Assembly: GCA_963803275.1 (NCBI GenBank)
Contig: CAWDLS010000014.1
Span: 91,567 to 155,566, forward strand
Source of the DNA: an uncultured Gammaproteobacteria bacterium
GTDB lineage: Bacteria; Pseudomonadota; Gammaproteobacteria; UBA9214
Reading direction: 5' to 3'
DNA length: 64,000 nt
Positions 26,124 through 38,500 of the stretch are shown piece by piece (position 1 is the first letter of the stretch; each line of letters begins with the position of its first letter). A model generated the notes under the pieces. That model was given only the letters and a program-made list of their open reading frames with translations. It was not told where the DNA came from and did no database searches. The translations under genes and the position numbers were made by a program.

Positions 26124-26702
26124 ATGAGACTTCTTGAGCTCAGGGGTAGCGAGGGTGACGCCGATCCCAGGCGCGCCGCCCTGTTACACAAGGCAGACAG
26201 GAAGCCAGCAATTGACGCCCGAACCATCAACAGGCCGGCACCCGGAAAGGAACCTGCGGTGGACACCCGGGTCTTTCCGATCAACACACGCCCCCCCGAA
26301 ACACCGCTGCGCCGGCGGCCGTTCGACCTGGAACAGCTGCAGCGGCGCATCGAGGAACTGGAACGGCGCATACAGGAACGTGCGCGCAGCAGCGCTGTGT
26401 CTGCACAGGGCGGCAAGGAACTGGAACAGCTCAGACAGCGCGTCAAGTTGCTGGAACGGCGCATCGAAGGCGAATTGTGGTCGGCGCGGCAACGCGAACA
26501 CACCCTGCTTGAAATGCTGGCGCGCCCACCGATTCGGACCGTGGTCAAGGAATATTGCACACGCCTCCTGCGCAATGCCCCGCCGACCACCCTGCGCTGG
26601 CTGAAAGCCGCCGGCAAGGCGTGGTGGCAGGATGCCCAGCCATTGTGGTGGCCGCGCTTCGCCGCCCTCTGGCAGGAAGCACTGGCGCGCGCGCGCAGCT
26701 GA
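26124..26702 (+). CDS. Hypothetical coiled-coil protein (192 aa)
   Basis: It contains an ELERRIQER / LLERRIEGEL heptad-like region. I recognise no family and the start is uncertain. Confidence 0.35.
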   Translation: MRLLELRGSEGDADPRRAALLHKADRKPAIDARTINRPAPGKEPAVDTRVFPINTRPPETPLRRRPFDLEQLQRRIEELERRIQERARSSAVSAQGGKELEQLRQRVKLLERRIEGELWSARQREHTLLEMLARPPIRTVVKEYCTRLLRNAPPTTLRWLKAAGKAWWQDAQPLWWPRFAALWQEALARARS

Positions 26703-26726
26703 ACGCCCTGTCGCGGGAAACCGCGA

Positions 26727-27395
26727 TTACTTGAGTGCGACCGTGCGCAACCCGGCCCACAGCAGCGCCAGCTGCTGGCGGTACATGGCACCGATCGCGG
26801 CCGGGTTGGCATGCTGCATGGCCAGTGGCACGCCGTAAAATACCGACACCAGGGCGACCATGGCTGCCGCGATCGCTGTGTTGCCCGGCAGTTCTCCCTG
26901 GTCGATCGCGGCCTGCAACGATTGCCTTAGCAATCCCTCCAGACTGTCATCCGGCAACTGTTCGATACCCTCGAGATCGGAGAACGCAATCATGCGCTCG
27001 GCCGGTGTGATCTCCAAACCCGGATTGCGCACGCGTGCACGCGCCTCGTGGGCAATGATTTCACCCATCAGCCCCGGCTTCTTCTGGATCTGGATCGCGG
27101 TGTAGCGGAACAGGGCGTCGATCACCGCGATCCCCTTGTGCTGCTGCGCGGCCTGCCGGCCGTACCAGTTCAGTTCCAGCGTCCACAGCCGGTCCAGATA
27201 GATGATCAGATCTTCCTTGCGGGGGAAGTAATTGAAGAAGGTCGCCTCGGAAATCTGTACCCGCTCGCACAGGGCCTTGACCGACAGCGTCTCGAACGAG
27301 GCCGCATCGAGATGCCGGGTGGCTGCCTCTGCCAGGGCGAGGCGGGTACGGGCAAACTTGCGTTCACGCAATGTGGGGCGCGGGCTGTCAGACAT
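26727..27395 (-). CDS. TetR family transcriptional regulator
   Basis: The N-terminal HTH (TRLALAEAATRHLDAASFETLSVKALCERVQISEATFFNYFPRKEDL) is typical of TetR. It is 222 aa. Confidence 0.85.
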   Translation of the reverse strand: MSDSPRPTLRERKFARTRLALAEAATRHLDAASFETLSVKALCERVQISEATFFNYFPRKEDLIIYLDRLWTLELNWYGRQAAQQHKGIAVIDALFRYTAIQIQKKPGLMGEIIAHEARARVRNPGLEITPAERMIAFSDLEGIEQLPDDSLEGLLRQSLQAAIDQGELPGNTAIAAAMVALVSVFYGVPLAMQHANPAAIGAMYRQQLALLWAGLRTVALK

Positions 27396-27424
27396 AATAT
27401 TAAAGCGGACTCCAATTATATATG

Positions 27425-27765
27425 AAGCGTTACAGTTATAACTTACTGATTACAATAAAATATGTCAGTTATTCCCCCAGTCCCTGATAAACCCGAATTA
27501 AAGACATAGTTTTCCTATGGAAATAAACCATGGAGAGGAAAAGCACTGCCATATCACGGCATGATGTCCCGTCTCTGCCGGCTGAGTCTTGAAAATATAA
27601 ATTAAAATCATAAAGTTACAAGATATTACAGGATTGTATAAAATTGGTCGCCTATTCAGAAACAGTCACCAGGCTGCGCAATGTAAGGCATGATTGAATA
27701 ACGGTCAACAAGATATTTCGTGATGGCTCTATTTTTCCTCAGGATCACCGCTCCCGGCCGCAGTG
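27425..27765. other. 340-bp AT-rich non-coding island between the TetR gene start and the mnmE 3' end
   Basis: The visually estimated GC is about 35% against about 63% for the flanks. I see no ORF over 25 codons. It contains the TetR promoter and presumably the mnmE terminator. Confidence 0.6.
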
Positions 27766-27771
27766 GCACCG

Positions 27772-29131
27772 TCACTTGCCGATGCAGAAGCTGCTGAAGA
27801 TCATGCCCAGCAGGTCGTCGCTGCTGACCTCGCCGGTGATCTCACCCAGAGCCTGCTGCCCCGCACGCAGCTCCTCGGCGAGCAGTTCGCCGGCGTGCTG
27901 TTGCTCGAGTTGCCGGACGCCAGCGAGGACATGGGCGTGTGCGCGCTCCAGTGCATCGAGGTGCCGGCGGCGTGCGCTGAATTCGCCCTCGCACTCTCCG
28001 GTAAACCCGGCCACCTGCTTGAGATGGCTGCGCAGGGCATCCATACCGGCACCGGTGAGCGCGGAAAGGGCGACGCCCGGCTGTCCGTCCACCGCTCAGG
28101 GCCGGGCGAACGGCCGCTCAGGTCCACCTTGTTGTAGATGCGGGTATGCGGTACGCCGGGCGGCAGGCTGTCGAGGATCCCGGCATCAGCGGGGCAAAAA
28201 CCCGCCTGGTCATCGATGACCAGCAGCACGTGATCGGCCTGTGCCATGGCCTGCCGGGCGCGCTGCATCCCGGCCCGTTCGACCGGATCGGCACTGTCGT
28301 GCAGGCCGGCCGTGTCGATGATGTGCAGCGGCATGCCATCGAGCTGGATGTGCTCGCGCAAGCACATCGCGGGTGGTGCCGGGTATTGCGGTGACGATGG
28401 CGGCCTCGCGGCCCGGCAGGGTATTCATCAGGCTGGACTTGCCGGCATTGGGACGCCCGGCGATCACCAGGGTCATGCCATCGCGCAGCAACCGCGCCCT
28501 GGCGGGCACGGGCAAGCAGCGTCGTGAAAGATCGTCGCGCCAGTTGCTGCAGCCCCTGCTGCAGGCCGCTCGTCCGACGAGAAAATCGATCTCCTCTTCG
28601 GGAAAATCGATGGCCGCCTCGACATAGCATGCGCAGCGCGTCAGCGTTCGCGGTCAGATCATGTACCTGCCGGGAAAACTCGCCCTGCAGGGAGCGCACC
28701 GCGGCGCGCGCGGCCTGCGCGGTGCCGCTGCCGATCAGGTCGGCGATCGCCTCGGCCTGGGCAAGGTCGAGCTTGTCGTTGAGAAAGGCGCGCTCGGAAA
28801 ATTCGCCCGGACGCGCCGGGCGCGCGCCGAGCGCCAGCACACGCGCCAGCAGCAGGTCGAGCACCACCGGACCGCCGTGGCCGTGCAGCTCCAGCACATG
28901 TTCGCCGGTGAAGGAGGCCGGCGCCGGGAAATACAGCGCGAGGCCGGAGTCGATCAGCGTGCCGTCAGCGGCCCGGAAATCCCGCCGTCTCGCCTGGCGC
29001 GCCGGTGGCAGCGTCCCCAGCAGGCGGCACGCGATGTCCGGCACGTCCGGTCCGGAAATGCGCACGATGCCAATGCCGCCCTGTCCGGGCGGCGTGGCGA
29101 TGGCGGCGATGGTGTCGGTGTTCGGCGTCAC
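27772..29131 (-). pseudogene. mnmE: tRNA modification GTPase MnmE (TrmE), interrupted by at least 3 frameshifts
   Basis: The N-terminus is [28 protein letters not shown]-domain motifs (IIDTAGL, VLLVIDD) lie in a second frame. The C-terminus ...[11 protein letters not shown] (MnmE C-terminal CxGK) lies in a third frame. Confidence 0.85.
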
Positions 29132-29159
29132 GATATAATCGAGCGCCGGCGGCTGAACG

Positions 29160-30822
29160 TTATTTTTTTGCGCCGCGCTCGATGCGCCGCGTGATCACGT
29201 ATTGCTGGGCGATGGACAGGGTGTTGTTGACCACCCAGTACAGCACCAGCCCGGAAGGGAAGAAGGCGAAGAACACCGTGAACACCACCGGCAGTGCCAT
29301 CATGACCTTGGCCTGGATCGGGTCCATGGGCGCCGGATTGAGCTTCTGCTGGATGAGCATGGTCGCGCCCATCAGCAGCGGCAGGATGTAGAACGGGTCC
29401 GGTGACGACAGGTCGTGTCATCCAGCAGCATGAACGGCGCCTGGCGCATCTCGACGCTTTCCAGCAGCACCCAGTAGAGCGCGATGAAGACCGGCATCTG
29501 CACCACGATCGGCAGGCAGCCGCCGAGCGGGTTGATCTTCTCTTTCTTGTAAAGCTCCATCATCGCCTGGTTGAGCTTCTGCCGGTCGTCGCTGTAGCGC
29601 TCCTTGAGCGCCTGCAGGCGCGGCGCCAGCTTGCGCATATTGGCCATGGAGCGGTAGCTGGTTTCCGACAGCTTGTAGAACGCCAGCTTGATCAGCATCG
29701 TGAGCAGCACGATGGACCAGCCCCAGTTGCCGATCAGCTTGTGAATGGTCTTCAGCAGCCAGAACAGCGGCTGCGCGAGCACCGTCAGCCGGCCGTAGTC
29801 GACCGTCAGCTCGAGACCCGGTGGCGACCTTCTTCATTTGGTCCTGCAGTTTCGGGCCCGACATACAGGCGCGTGCTGAACACCGTATGGTCGCCGGCGG
29901 CAACGTCGCGTTGCGGTGAGATCAGCCCGATGACATAACGCTCGATTGCTGAGCGTCTTGGTGTAGTAGCGCTCGGCTCACTGCGTTCGGGTATCAGTGC
30001 GGCAAGGAAATAATGTTGCATCATGGCGGCCCAGCCGTCGGTGACGTTGCGGTCGAGCGTCCTCTTCTGCATGTCCTCGAACGTGATTTTCTCGTACTTG
30101 TCTTCCGGACTGTAGAGAACGCCGCCCGTATAGGTGCGAATGAATGTGGTCTTGGCGGGCTTCGCCGCAGCGGGTGCGTTGCAGCTGCCGGTATTGTCGC
30201 CCGTGTCCATTCATGGTCACTGTTGTTTGTTACCTCGTAATCGAGATCGATCACGTGACTGCCGCGATGGAAGATGTAGAGTTTGGTTACCACGACACCG
30301 TCCTGACTGCGCCACACCAGTGGCACCTGCAGGGTGTCCGCGGAATCGGCCATGCGATAGTGTGTCTGCTCCGCGCCGTACACCAGCGTGGTGGGTTGCC
30401 TCCTCGCCCGCGACGCTACGCAGACCCGACTGCATGATGAACAGGTTGGGCAGCGTGTCATTCATCAGCCGGAAGGGGGGGGAGTCGGGCTTGTTTGTCG
30501 CCTTGTAGTCGCGCAGGTCCACCTGGCGCAGGTCACCGCCCGTGGTATCGATGTCGACCCTGTACAGGTCGGTTTCCACATGGATCTGCTGGCCGGTCTC
30601 CAGCAGGCCGCTCTCTGCCGGCGTGACGTCCGCCGCGCTGACTGCATTCGGCGCACCCGGGATATCACCGTCACTTGCGGTGGATTCGGCGGCGGCCTGC
30701 TCCACCTGCTGTGCAGTTTGGGCAGGTGCGGGCGCCGGTCCGTAGTCCTTCATCCAGGCCTGCCACAGCAGCAGCGCCACGAACGACAGTGCGACAAACA
30801 GCACCATGCGCTGATTATCCAT
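29160..30822 (-). pseudogene. yidC: Membrane protein insertase YidC, in 4 fragments with at least 3 frameshifts
   Basis: The N-terminal fragment is [23 protein letters not shown]. The central fragments carry [38 protein letters not shown]. The C-terminus is [43 protein letters not shown]. Confidence 0.85.
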
Positions 30823-31051
30823 GCGTGTGGCGGTGCTCCGTTTCCGGCACCGGATCGATGCCGCCCGGGTGCCAGGGATGGCAGCGCATCAGGCGCTTAA
30901 GGGCGAGACCGGTCCCGCGTAGCACGCCGAAGCGCTCGACGGCCGTCAGGGCATAACCGGAACAGCTGGGATAGAAGCGGCAGTGGCTCCCCAGCCAGGG
31001 GCTGAGCAGGTACCGGTATGCCCTGATCAGCTGGATGATCAGCCAGCGCAT
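30815..31051 (-). CDS. yidD: Membrane protein insertion efficiency factor YidD
   Basis: [39 protein letters not shown] is the YidD/haemolytic-domain signature. It overlaps the yidC start. Confidence 0.88.
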   Translation of the reverse strand: MRWLIIQLIRAYRYLLSPWLGSHCRFYPSCSGYALTAVERFGVLRGTGLALKRLMRCHPWHPGGIDPVPETEHRHTHG

Positions 31052-31404
31052 GTTTGAATCAATTGTTTCAAGAGCTTTTCCATTGCCGTTCCAAGCGCCT
31101 GTGCGGACAGGCCGGCCACGTCGTTACGTCCAAGAACCACGATATCCAGGGCGCCGAGTTCCGTCTGCCTGTGTCGAAAACGTTCTCTCACCACACGCTT
31201 GATTCGGTTTCGTGCTACCGCGCTCCTGGCGACCTTGCGCGATATCGCCAGTCCCAGCCGCGGATGGCCAAGTGCGTTCGTGACTGCCAGCACCGTCAGC
31301 CAGCGGTTGGCCGCCTTGCACTGACAATGCTTGAAAACGCGCTGGTAATCGGCCGGTTCAGTGAGTCGTACCCGTCTGGAAAAACGTAGCAATCCCGGGC
31401 ACAA
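31039..31404 (-). CDS. rnpA: RNase P protein component. The start is uncertain: TTG at 31404 or 31392. The listed ORF to 31455 would overlap rpmH.
   Basis: [17 protein letters not shown]...[28 protein letters not shown] matches RnpA (RNR motif). It lies between rpmH and yidD as in most bacteria. Confidence 0.8.
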   Translation of the reverse strand: MCPGLLRFSRRVRLTEPADYQRVFKHCQCKAANRWLTVLAVTNALGHPRLGLAISRKVARSAVARNRIKRVVRERFRHRQTELGALDIVVLGRNDVAGLSAQALGTAMEKLLKQLIQTCAG

Positions 31405-31414
31405 GGCAACGCAG

Positions 31415-31549
31415 TCAGACTGACAGCCGGGCCCGACCCTTCGCACGACGGGCATTAATCACGCGCCGGCCATTCTTGGTGCTCATGCGCGCACGAAACC
31501 CGTGTGTGCGCTTGCGTCTCAGGTTGCTGGGTTGATAGGTTCTTTTCAT
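31415..31549 (-). CDS. rpmH: 50S ribosomal protein L34
   Basis: [44 protein letters not shown] is 44 aa and canonical L34. It was not in the ORF track because it is under 60 aa. Confidence 0.92.
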   Translation of the reverse strand: MKRTYQPSNLRRKRTHGFRARMSTKNGRRVINARRAKGRARLSV

Positions 31550-31676
31550 GGCACGTCACGTCCGGAATAGATTTCAGAGACCACACCCTGGCAAGCGGCG
31601 TGAAAGGGCGCAAAGCGTACTGTTCAGCCGGGTTGAAATGTCAACTGTCCGGCGATGCAGGCGACTGGCGACAGGG

Positions 31677-31734
31677 TGTGGATAACTTGTTTCGACAGGT
31701 ATAGACTCCCCCACCTGCGTAGACGGATGGATAA
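31677..31734. promoter_or_regulatory. Two DnaA boxes in the rpmH-dnaA spacer
   Basis: TGTGGATAA at 31677-31685 is a perfect reverse-orientation TTATCCACA box. GATGGATAA at 31726-31734 matches 8 of 9. Both lie upstream of the dnaA GTG start, which has an aagggggg RBS. Confidence 0.7.
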
Positions 31735-31752
31735 CCGAAAGGGGGGGTCAAG

Positions 31753-33094
31753 GTGGAAGTTACGCTCTGGCAGAAGTGTCTGGTTCGACTCGAACATGAA
31801 CTGCCGGAGCAACAATTCAATACCTGGATACGACCCCTGCATGCTATTGAAAACGGCGAGAATCTGCGCCTGCTCGCACCCAACCAGTTCGTTCTCGACT
31901 GGGTCAGGAAACACCACTTCGATACCATCTCACAGACACTGCACGAAATCGGCCCGGGTAGCGAAACCCGCCTGCAGCTCGACATCGGCAGCAGCAAGAA
32001 GATCACCCGAATCAACCCGGTGACGCCCGTCGTACCGGCTGCCGTGGAGCCGACAGCCGCCGCAGTCCAGCACAAGAGCAACCTGAACCCGGAGTTCACC
32101 TTCGACGACCTTCGTGGGAGGCAAGTCGAACCAGCTCGCCCGCGCCGCGTCCATCCAGGTCGGGGAAAATCCCGGGGGCGCGTACAATCCGCTGTTCATC
32201 TACGGCGGTGTCGGGCTGGGTAAGACCCATCTCATGCATGCCGTCGGCAACATGATCCTGAACAACAGGCCGAACGCCCGGGTGGTCTATCTGCACTCCG
32301 AACGTTTCGTCGCCGACATGGTGCAGGCGCTGCAGCACAACGCCATCAACGAGTTCAAGCACTTTTACCGCAACGTCGACGCCCTGCTCATCGACGATAT
32401 TCAGTTCTTCGCCAGGAAGGAACGCTCTCAGGAAGAATTCTTCCACACATTCAATGCCTTGCTTGAAGGCCAGCAACAGGTCATCCTGACCTGTGACCGC
32501 TATCCGAAGGAGGTCGACGGCCTGGAAGACCGCCTCAAGTCACGCTTTGGCTGGGGACTCACGGCCGCCATCGAGCCGGCCGAGCTCGAGACGCGGGTTG
32601 CGATCCTCATGAGCAAGGCCAGCCAGGTCAGCATCGAGCTGCCATCAGACGTGGCCTTCTTCATCGCCAAGCGCATCCAGTCCAATATCCGCGAGCTGGA
32701 GGGCGCCTTGCGACGGGTCATCGCCAGCGCCCGTTTCACCGGGCAACCCATCAACCTGGAACTCACCCGGGAGGCGTTGCGTGACCTGCTTGCATTGCAG
32801 GACAAGCTGGTGACGATCAGCAATATCCAGAAGGTCGTCGTCGAGTACTACAAAATCAGGATCGCGGACCTGTCGTCGGCACGCCGCAGTCGCACCATCA
32901 CGCGACCGCGCCAGATTGCCATGGCGCTGGCCAAGGACCTGACCACGCACAGTCTGCCGGAAATCGGCGAGGCCTTTGGCGGCCGCGATCATACGACGGT
33001 ACTGCACGCCTGCCGCAAGGTGCAGGAATTGCGTGCCAGCGACAATCGTATCAACGAGGATTACAACAACCTGTTGAGAACCCTGACAGCATAA
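31753..33094 (+). pseudogene. dnaA: Chromosomal replication initiator DnaA with a GTG start and a single 1-nt insertion near 32105-32112
   Basis: The N-terminal ORF has the DnaA N-domain. The second ORF carries [10 protein letters not shown]...[22 protein letters not shown] (AAA+ Walker A) and a C-terminal DNA-binding domain. Reading gacgac-c-ttcgtg without one c gives the conserved [11 protein letters not shown]. Confidence 0.9.
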
Positions 33095-33105
33095 ACTGGA
33101 AAAAC

Positions 33106-33237
33106 TGTGGATAACTGATCGGGCACGATCTTATCCCGTTTTATCCACAGGCGCCCCACAGGACTTCCGGTGCCTGGTTTGACAGTTATCATTGCGTCAG
33201 GTAGCTGATAAGCAAGGCGAGAAACAGCTTATCAACC
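33106..33237. promoter_or_regulatory. DnaA-box cluster in the AT-rich dnaA-dnaN spacer (candidate oriC or DnaA-regulated region)
   Basis: There are two perfect boxes, TGTGGATAA (33106-33114) and TTATCCACA (33141-33149), plus four TTATC-core degenerate boxes (33131, 33186, 33205rc, 33229). The spacer is about 40% GC within a ~63% GC context, has three GATC sites, and carries an AT-rich run (ttaaagaattaaccaaagatctttaaat) next to the dnaN start. Confidence 0.6.
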
Positions 33238-33293
33238 GCTATTTCGTCACTAACAAATAACAGGGTTAAAGAATTAACCAAAGATCTTTAAAT

Positions 33294-34394
33294 ATGAAAT
33301 TCACGATCCAAAGAGAAGCTTTTCTGAAACCGCTCCAGCAGGTCATCGGTGTCGTGGAGCGTCGACAAACATTACCGGTACTGGGTAACGTGCTGGTGAA
33401 TGCAGGCAAGAAAGGCATCAAGCTCACGGCAACCGATCTGGAAGTGGAACTGCAGGCACAGCTTGCCTTGCCGGTAACCGAGACCGGTGACATTACCCTG
33501 CCCGCCCGCAAGCTGCTGGATATCTGCCGCACACTGCCTGAAGAGGCGGAGCTTGATATCTCGGTGAAGGATGAAAGGGCACTGGTGCGTTCCGGCAAGA
33601 GCCGTTTCACACTGTCGACATTGCCGGCCAGTGAATTTCCTGTCATCGACAAGATCAAGAGCGCACGCAGGTTTTCGATGCCGCAAAATGAGCTGCATGC
33701 CCTGATCGAGCGTACAGCCTTTGCCATGGCGCAGCAGGATGTCAGGTATTACCTGAATGGCCTCATGCTGGAGCCGGCCGGAAAACTGTTGCGTGCTGTC
33801 GCTACGGACGGTCATCGCCTCGCGATGTGCCAGATGGCGGTCGATGTCGGGGACAGTGGTGACCAGCAGGTCATTGTTCCACGCAAGGGTGTTCAGGAAC
33901 TGCACCGCCTGCTGGCCGACAGCGACGCCCCCGTAGCGCTCGAGCTCGGTTCCAACCACATTCGCATCACCACCGAGGATCTGCGTTTCACCTCGAAACT
34001 GATCGACGGGCGTTTCCCGGATTACCAGCGCGTGATCCCAAAGAATGCCGACAAGCAACTGCTGGTCAATCGTGAACTGCTGCGCCAGGCACTGACCCGG
34101 ACATCCATACTGTCGAACGAGAAATACCGTGGTATCCGTCTGGATATATCAAATAATAATATTAAAATACAAGCACATAACCCTGAGCAAGAAGAGGCAG
34201 TTGAGGAAATCGATGCCAATTACAGCAGCGAAAACATCGTGGTCGGATTCAATGTGACCTATGTGCTGGATGTACTCAACGTGCTGGATTCAGACACCGT
34301 TGAGATCTATCTCAATGATGCCAACAGCAGCGCACTGATCAATCGGCCGGGTACGGATGATTGTCGTTATGTCGTCATGCCCATGCGGCTCTAA
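33294..34394 (+). CDS. dnaN: DNA polymerase III beta sliding clamp
   Basis: MKFTIQREAFLKPLQQVIGVVERRQTLPVLGNVL is the canonical DnaN start. It is 366 aa and intact. Confidence 0.95.
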   Translation: MKFTIQREAFLKPLQQVIGVVERRQTLPVLGNVLVNAGKKGIKLTATDLEVELQAQLALPVTETGDITLPARKLLDICRTLPEEAELDISVKDERALVRSGKSRFTLSTLPASEFPVIDKIKSARRFSMPQNELHALIERTAFAMAQQDVRYYLNGLMLEPAGKLLRAVATDGHRLAMCQMAVDVGDSGDQQVIVPRKGVQELHRLLADSDAPVALELGSNHIRITTEDLRFTSKLIDGRFPDYQRVIPKNADKQLLVNRELLRQALTRTSILSNEKYRGIRLDISNNNIKIQAHNPEQEEAVEEIDANYSSENIVVGFNVTYVLDVLNVLDSDTVEIYLNDANSSALINRPGTDDCRYVVMPMRL

Positions 34395-34641
34395 GCCTGG
34401 CATCGCACCGGTCGCTCCCGTGTTCCCGGGCTGTGTCTGGAGGGTCAGCAGTCTGCTTGCAAAGACGGGTGAGCCCGCCGGAATTCACCCAACTTTCGAT
34501 CCGGGGTCGATCCGGGGCCTGGCAAATACAGGCATGCCAGGACATGTCAGGTACAGGAATGTGCACAGTGGCTGCCGGCAGCAACCGGCCTCCCGGATGC
34601 CGGCGCACTGGCCAGGCTAGCGGGATACAGCGGAACTGGCA

Positions 34642-35775
34642 TTGACGAACGAGCAGCTCCTGTCTGCACATGGCGATCGGTTACCCGAACTGTATCGCGG
34701 GCTGCAATCCCTAGAGATTATCGACTTCAGGAACATCCAGACTGCGGATCTGCAGTTTTCAGCCGGCCTGAACCTGATCGATGGAGAAAACGCCTCCGGC
34801 AAGACCAGCCTGCTGGAAGCGATCCATACCCTCGGCCGGGTACGTTCGTTTCGTACCCATTCTGTGCAGCAGACGATTCGTTACGGGCAGGCGGCCTTTC
34901 GGCTGGTCGGAAGGATTGCCAGTGCAGACGGGCACGCGATCCCGATAGGAATCGAACGGAGTGCCGACACGCTGAACGTACGCCTGGCAGGCGAGCCGGT
35001 ACGACGCCTGTCCGATCTCGCCGGTTACTTCCCGGTACAGATACTCAGCAGCGATACATCGACCCTGTTCACCGGCGGTCCGCGCTACCGTCGCCAGGTG
35101 CTGGACTGGGCGCTGTTTCACGTGGAACAGGGCTATCGTGATAACTGGCAGCGTTACGCCCGGATACTGAAGCAGAGAAATGCCGCGCTCCGCGGTCATG
35201 CCAGATCGGCACTGATTTCAGCATGGGATGGCGAGCTCGTCGAGGAAGCCGGTGCCATCGACCGTCTGCGACGCGACTACCTCGCCCGGTTTTCGGGATT
35301 ACTGTCCGAAGAATTGCAACACCTGCTGCCGGAAAGTGAACTGGAGGTGCGATATATTCCCGGCTGGCCGGCCGGTCGCACCCTGACCGAATCCCTGGCG
35401 GGCACCCTGGACAAGGATCGCAGTCGCGGCTACACGCACTACGGTGTGCACCGGTCTGATTTCAGATTGATGTTCGATGGTCGGGATATCACGGCGCATT
35501 GTTCACGCGGGCAACAGAAGGCCATCATGGTGGGGTTCATGCTGGCACAGGTCCGTTTGCAGCAGGCGTGTGGATGCCCGGCAGGGGCGTTTTTACTGGA
35601 TGACCTGAGCAGTGAACTCGATCGATCAAATCAGCAACGCGTGCTGCAGGCCTTGCGTGATCTCCATGCACAGGTCTTCATTACGGCCATCGAGGGAGAT
35701 CGCATCGACGCCGCCGGATGGCGGGAGATCAAGCAGTTTCACGTGGAACATGGCGTGATACAGGAAGTGTTATAA
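34642..35775 (+). CDS. recF: DNA replication and repair protein RecF
   Basis: The Walker A box [14 protein letters not shown] is present, with ABC-ATPase-like motifs downstream. It is 377 aa. The start is about 20 aa longer than E. coli RecF, so it is uncertain. Confidence 0.88.
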   Translation: MTNEQLLSAHGDRLPELYRGLQSLEIIDFRNIQTADLQFSAGLNLIDGENASGKTSLLEAIHTLGRVRSFRTHSVQQTIRYGQAAFRLVGRIASADGHAIPIGIERSADTLNVRLAGEPVRRLSDLAGYFPVQILSSDTSTLFTGGPRYRRQVLDWALFHVEQGYRDNWQRYARILKQRNAALRGHARSALISAWDGELVEEAGAIDRLRRDYLARFSGLLSEELQHLLPESELEVRYIPGWPAGRTLTESLAGTLDKDRSRGYTHYGVHRSDFRLMFDGRDITAHCSRGQQKAIMVGFMLAQVRLQQACGCPAGAFLLDDLSSELDRSNQQRVLQALRDLHAQVFITAIEGDRIDAAGWREIKQFHVEHGVIQEVL

Positions 35776-35801
35776 TGCCGCGCTTACATAAGGGAGCCGC
35801 T

Positions 35802-38227
<2,426 letters not shown>

Positions 38228-38500
38228 GGCCTACCGGCTTACCGTTGCACAGTGATGCAAGGGCTTGAACCAGGCCAAATTGAATAAGTGTAAAGTTATA
38301 AAATTTGTAACATGCAGTATTAAAAGATTATTTTATTTGCGCAAAGACTATTTATGTTGTTAACTATATATTTCACCTAAAATAAACAGTTAGACAAACA
38401 TAAATACAATAACCCTATTCACAGGCTTCACCCGGTATGCAGCAGGCTCTACGGGCTGTTCCACGCCATTCCGGTCCTGCCATCCATCGGGGCCGCGAGG
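38228..38500. other. Very AT-rich convergent intergenic region between gyrB and plsC
   Basis: GC is about 25-30% (ttataaaatttgtaacatgcagtattaaaagattattttatttgc...). There is no GC-rich hairpin. Confidence 0.6.

Noticed and set aside
27421-27490. A 22-codon ORF (MKRYSYNLLITIKYVSYSPSP) inside the AT-rich island
   Set aside because: It has no RBS and is low-complexity because of the AT-rich DNA. It is most likely non-coding.
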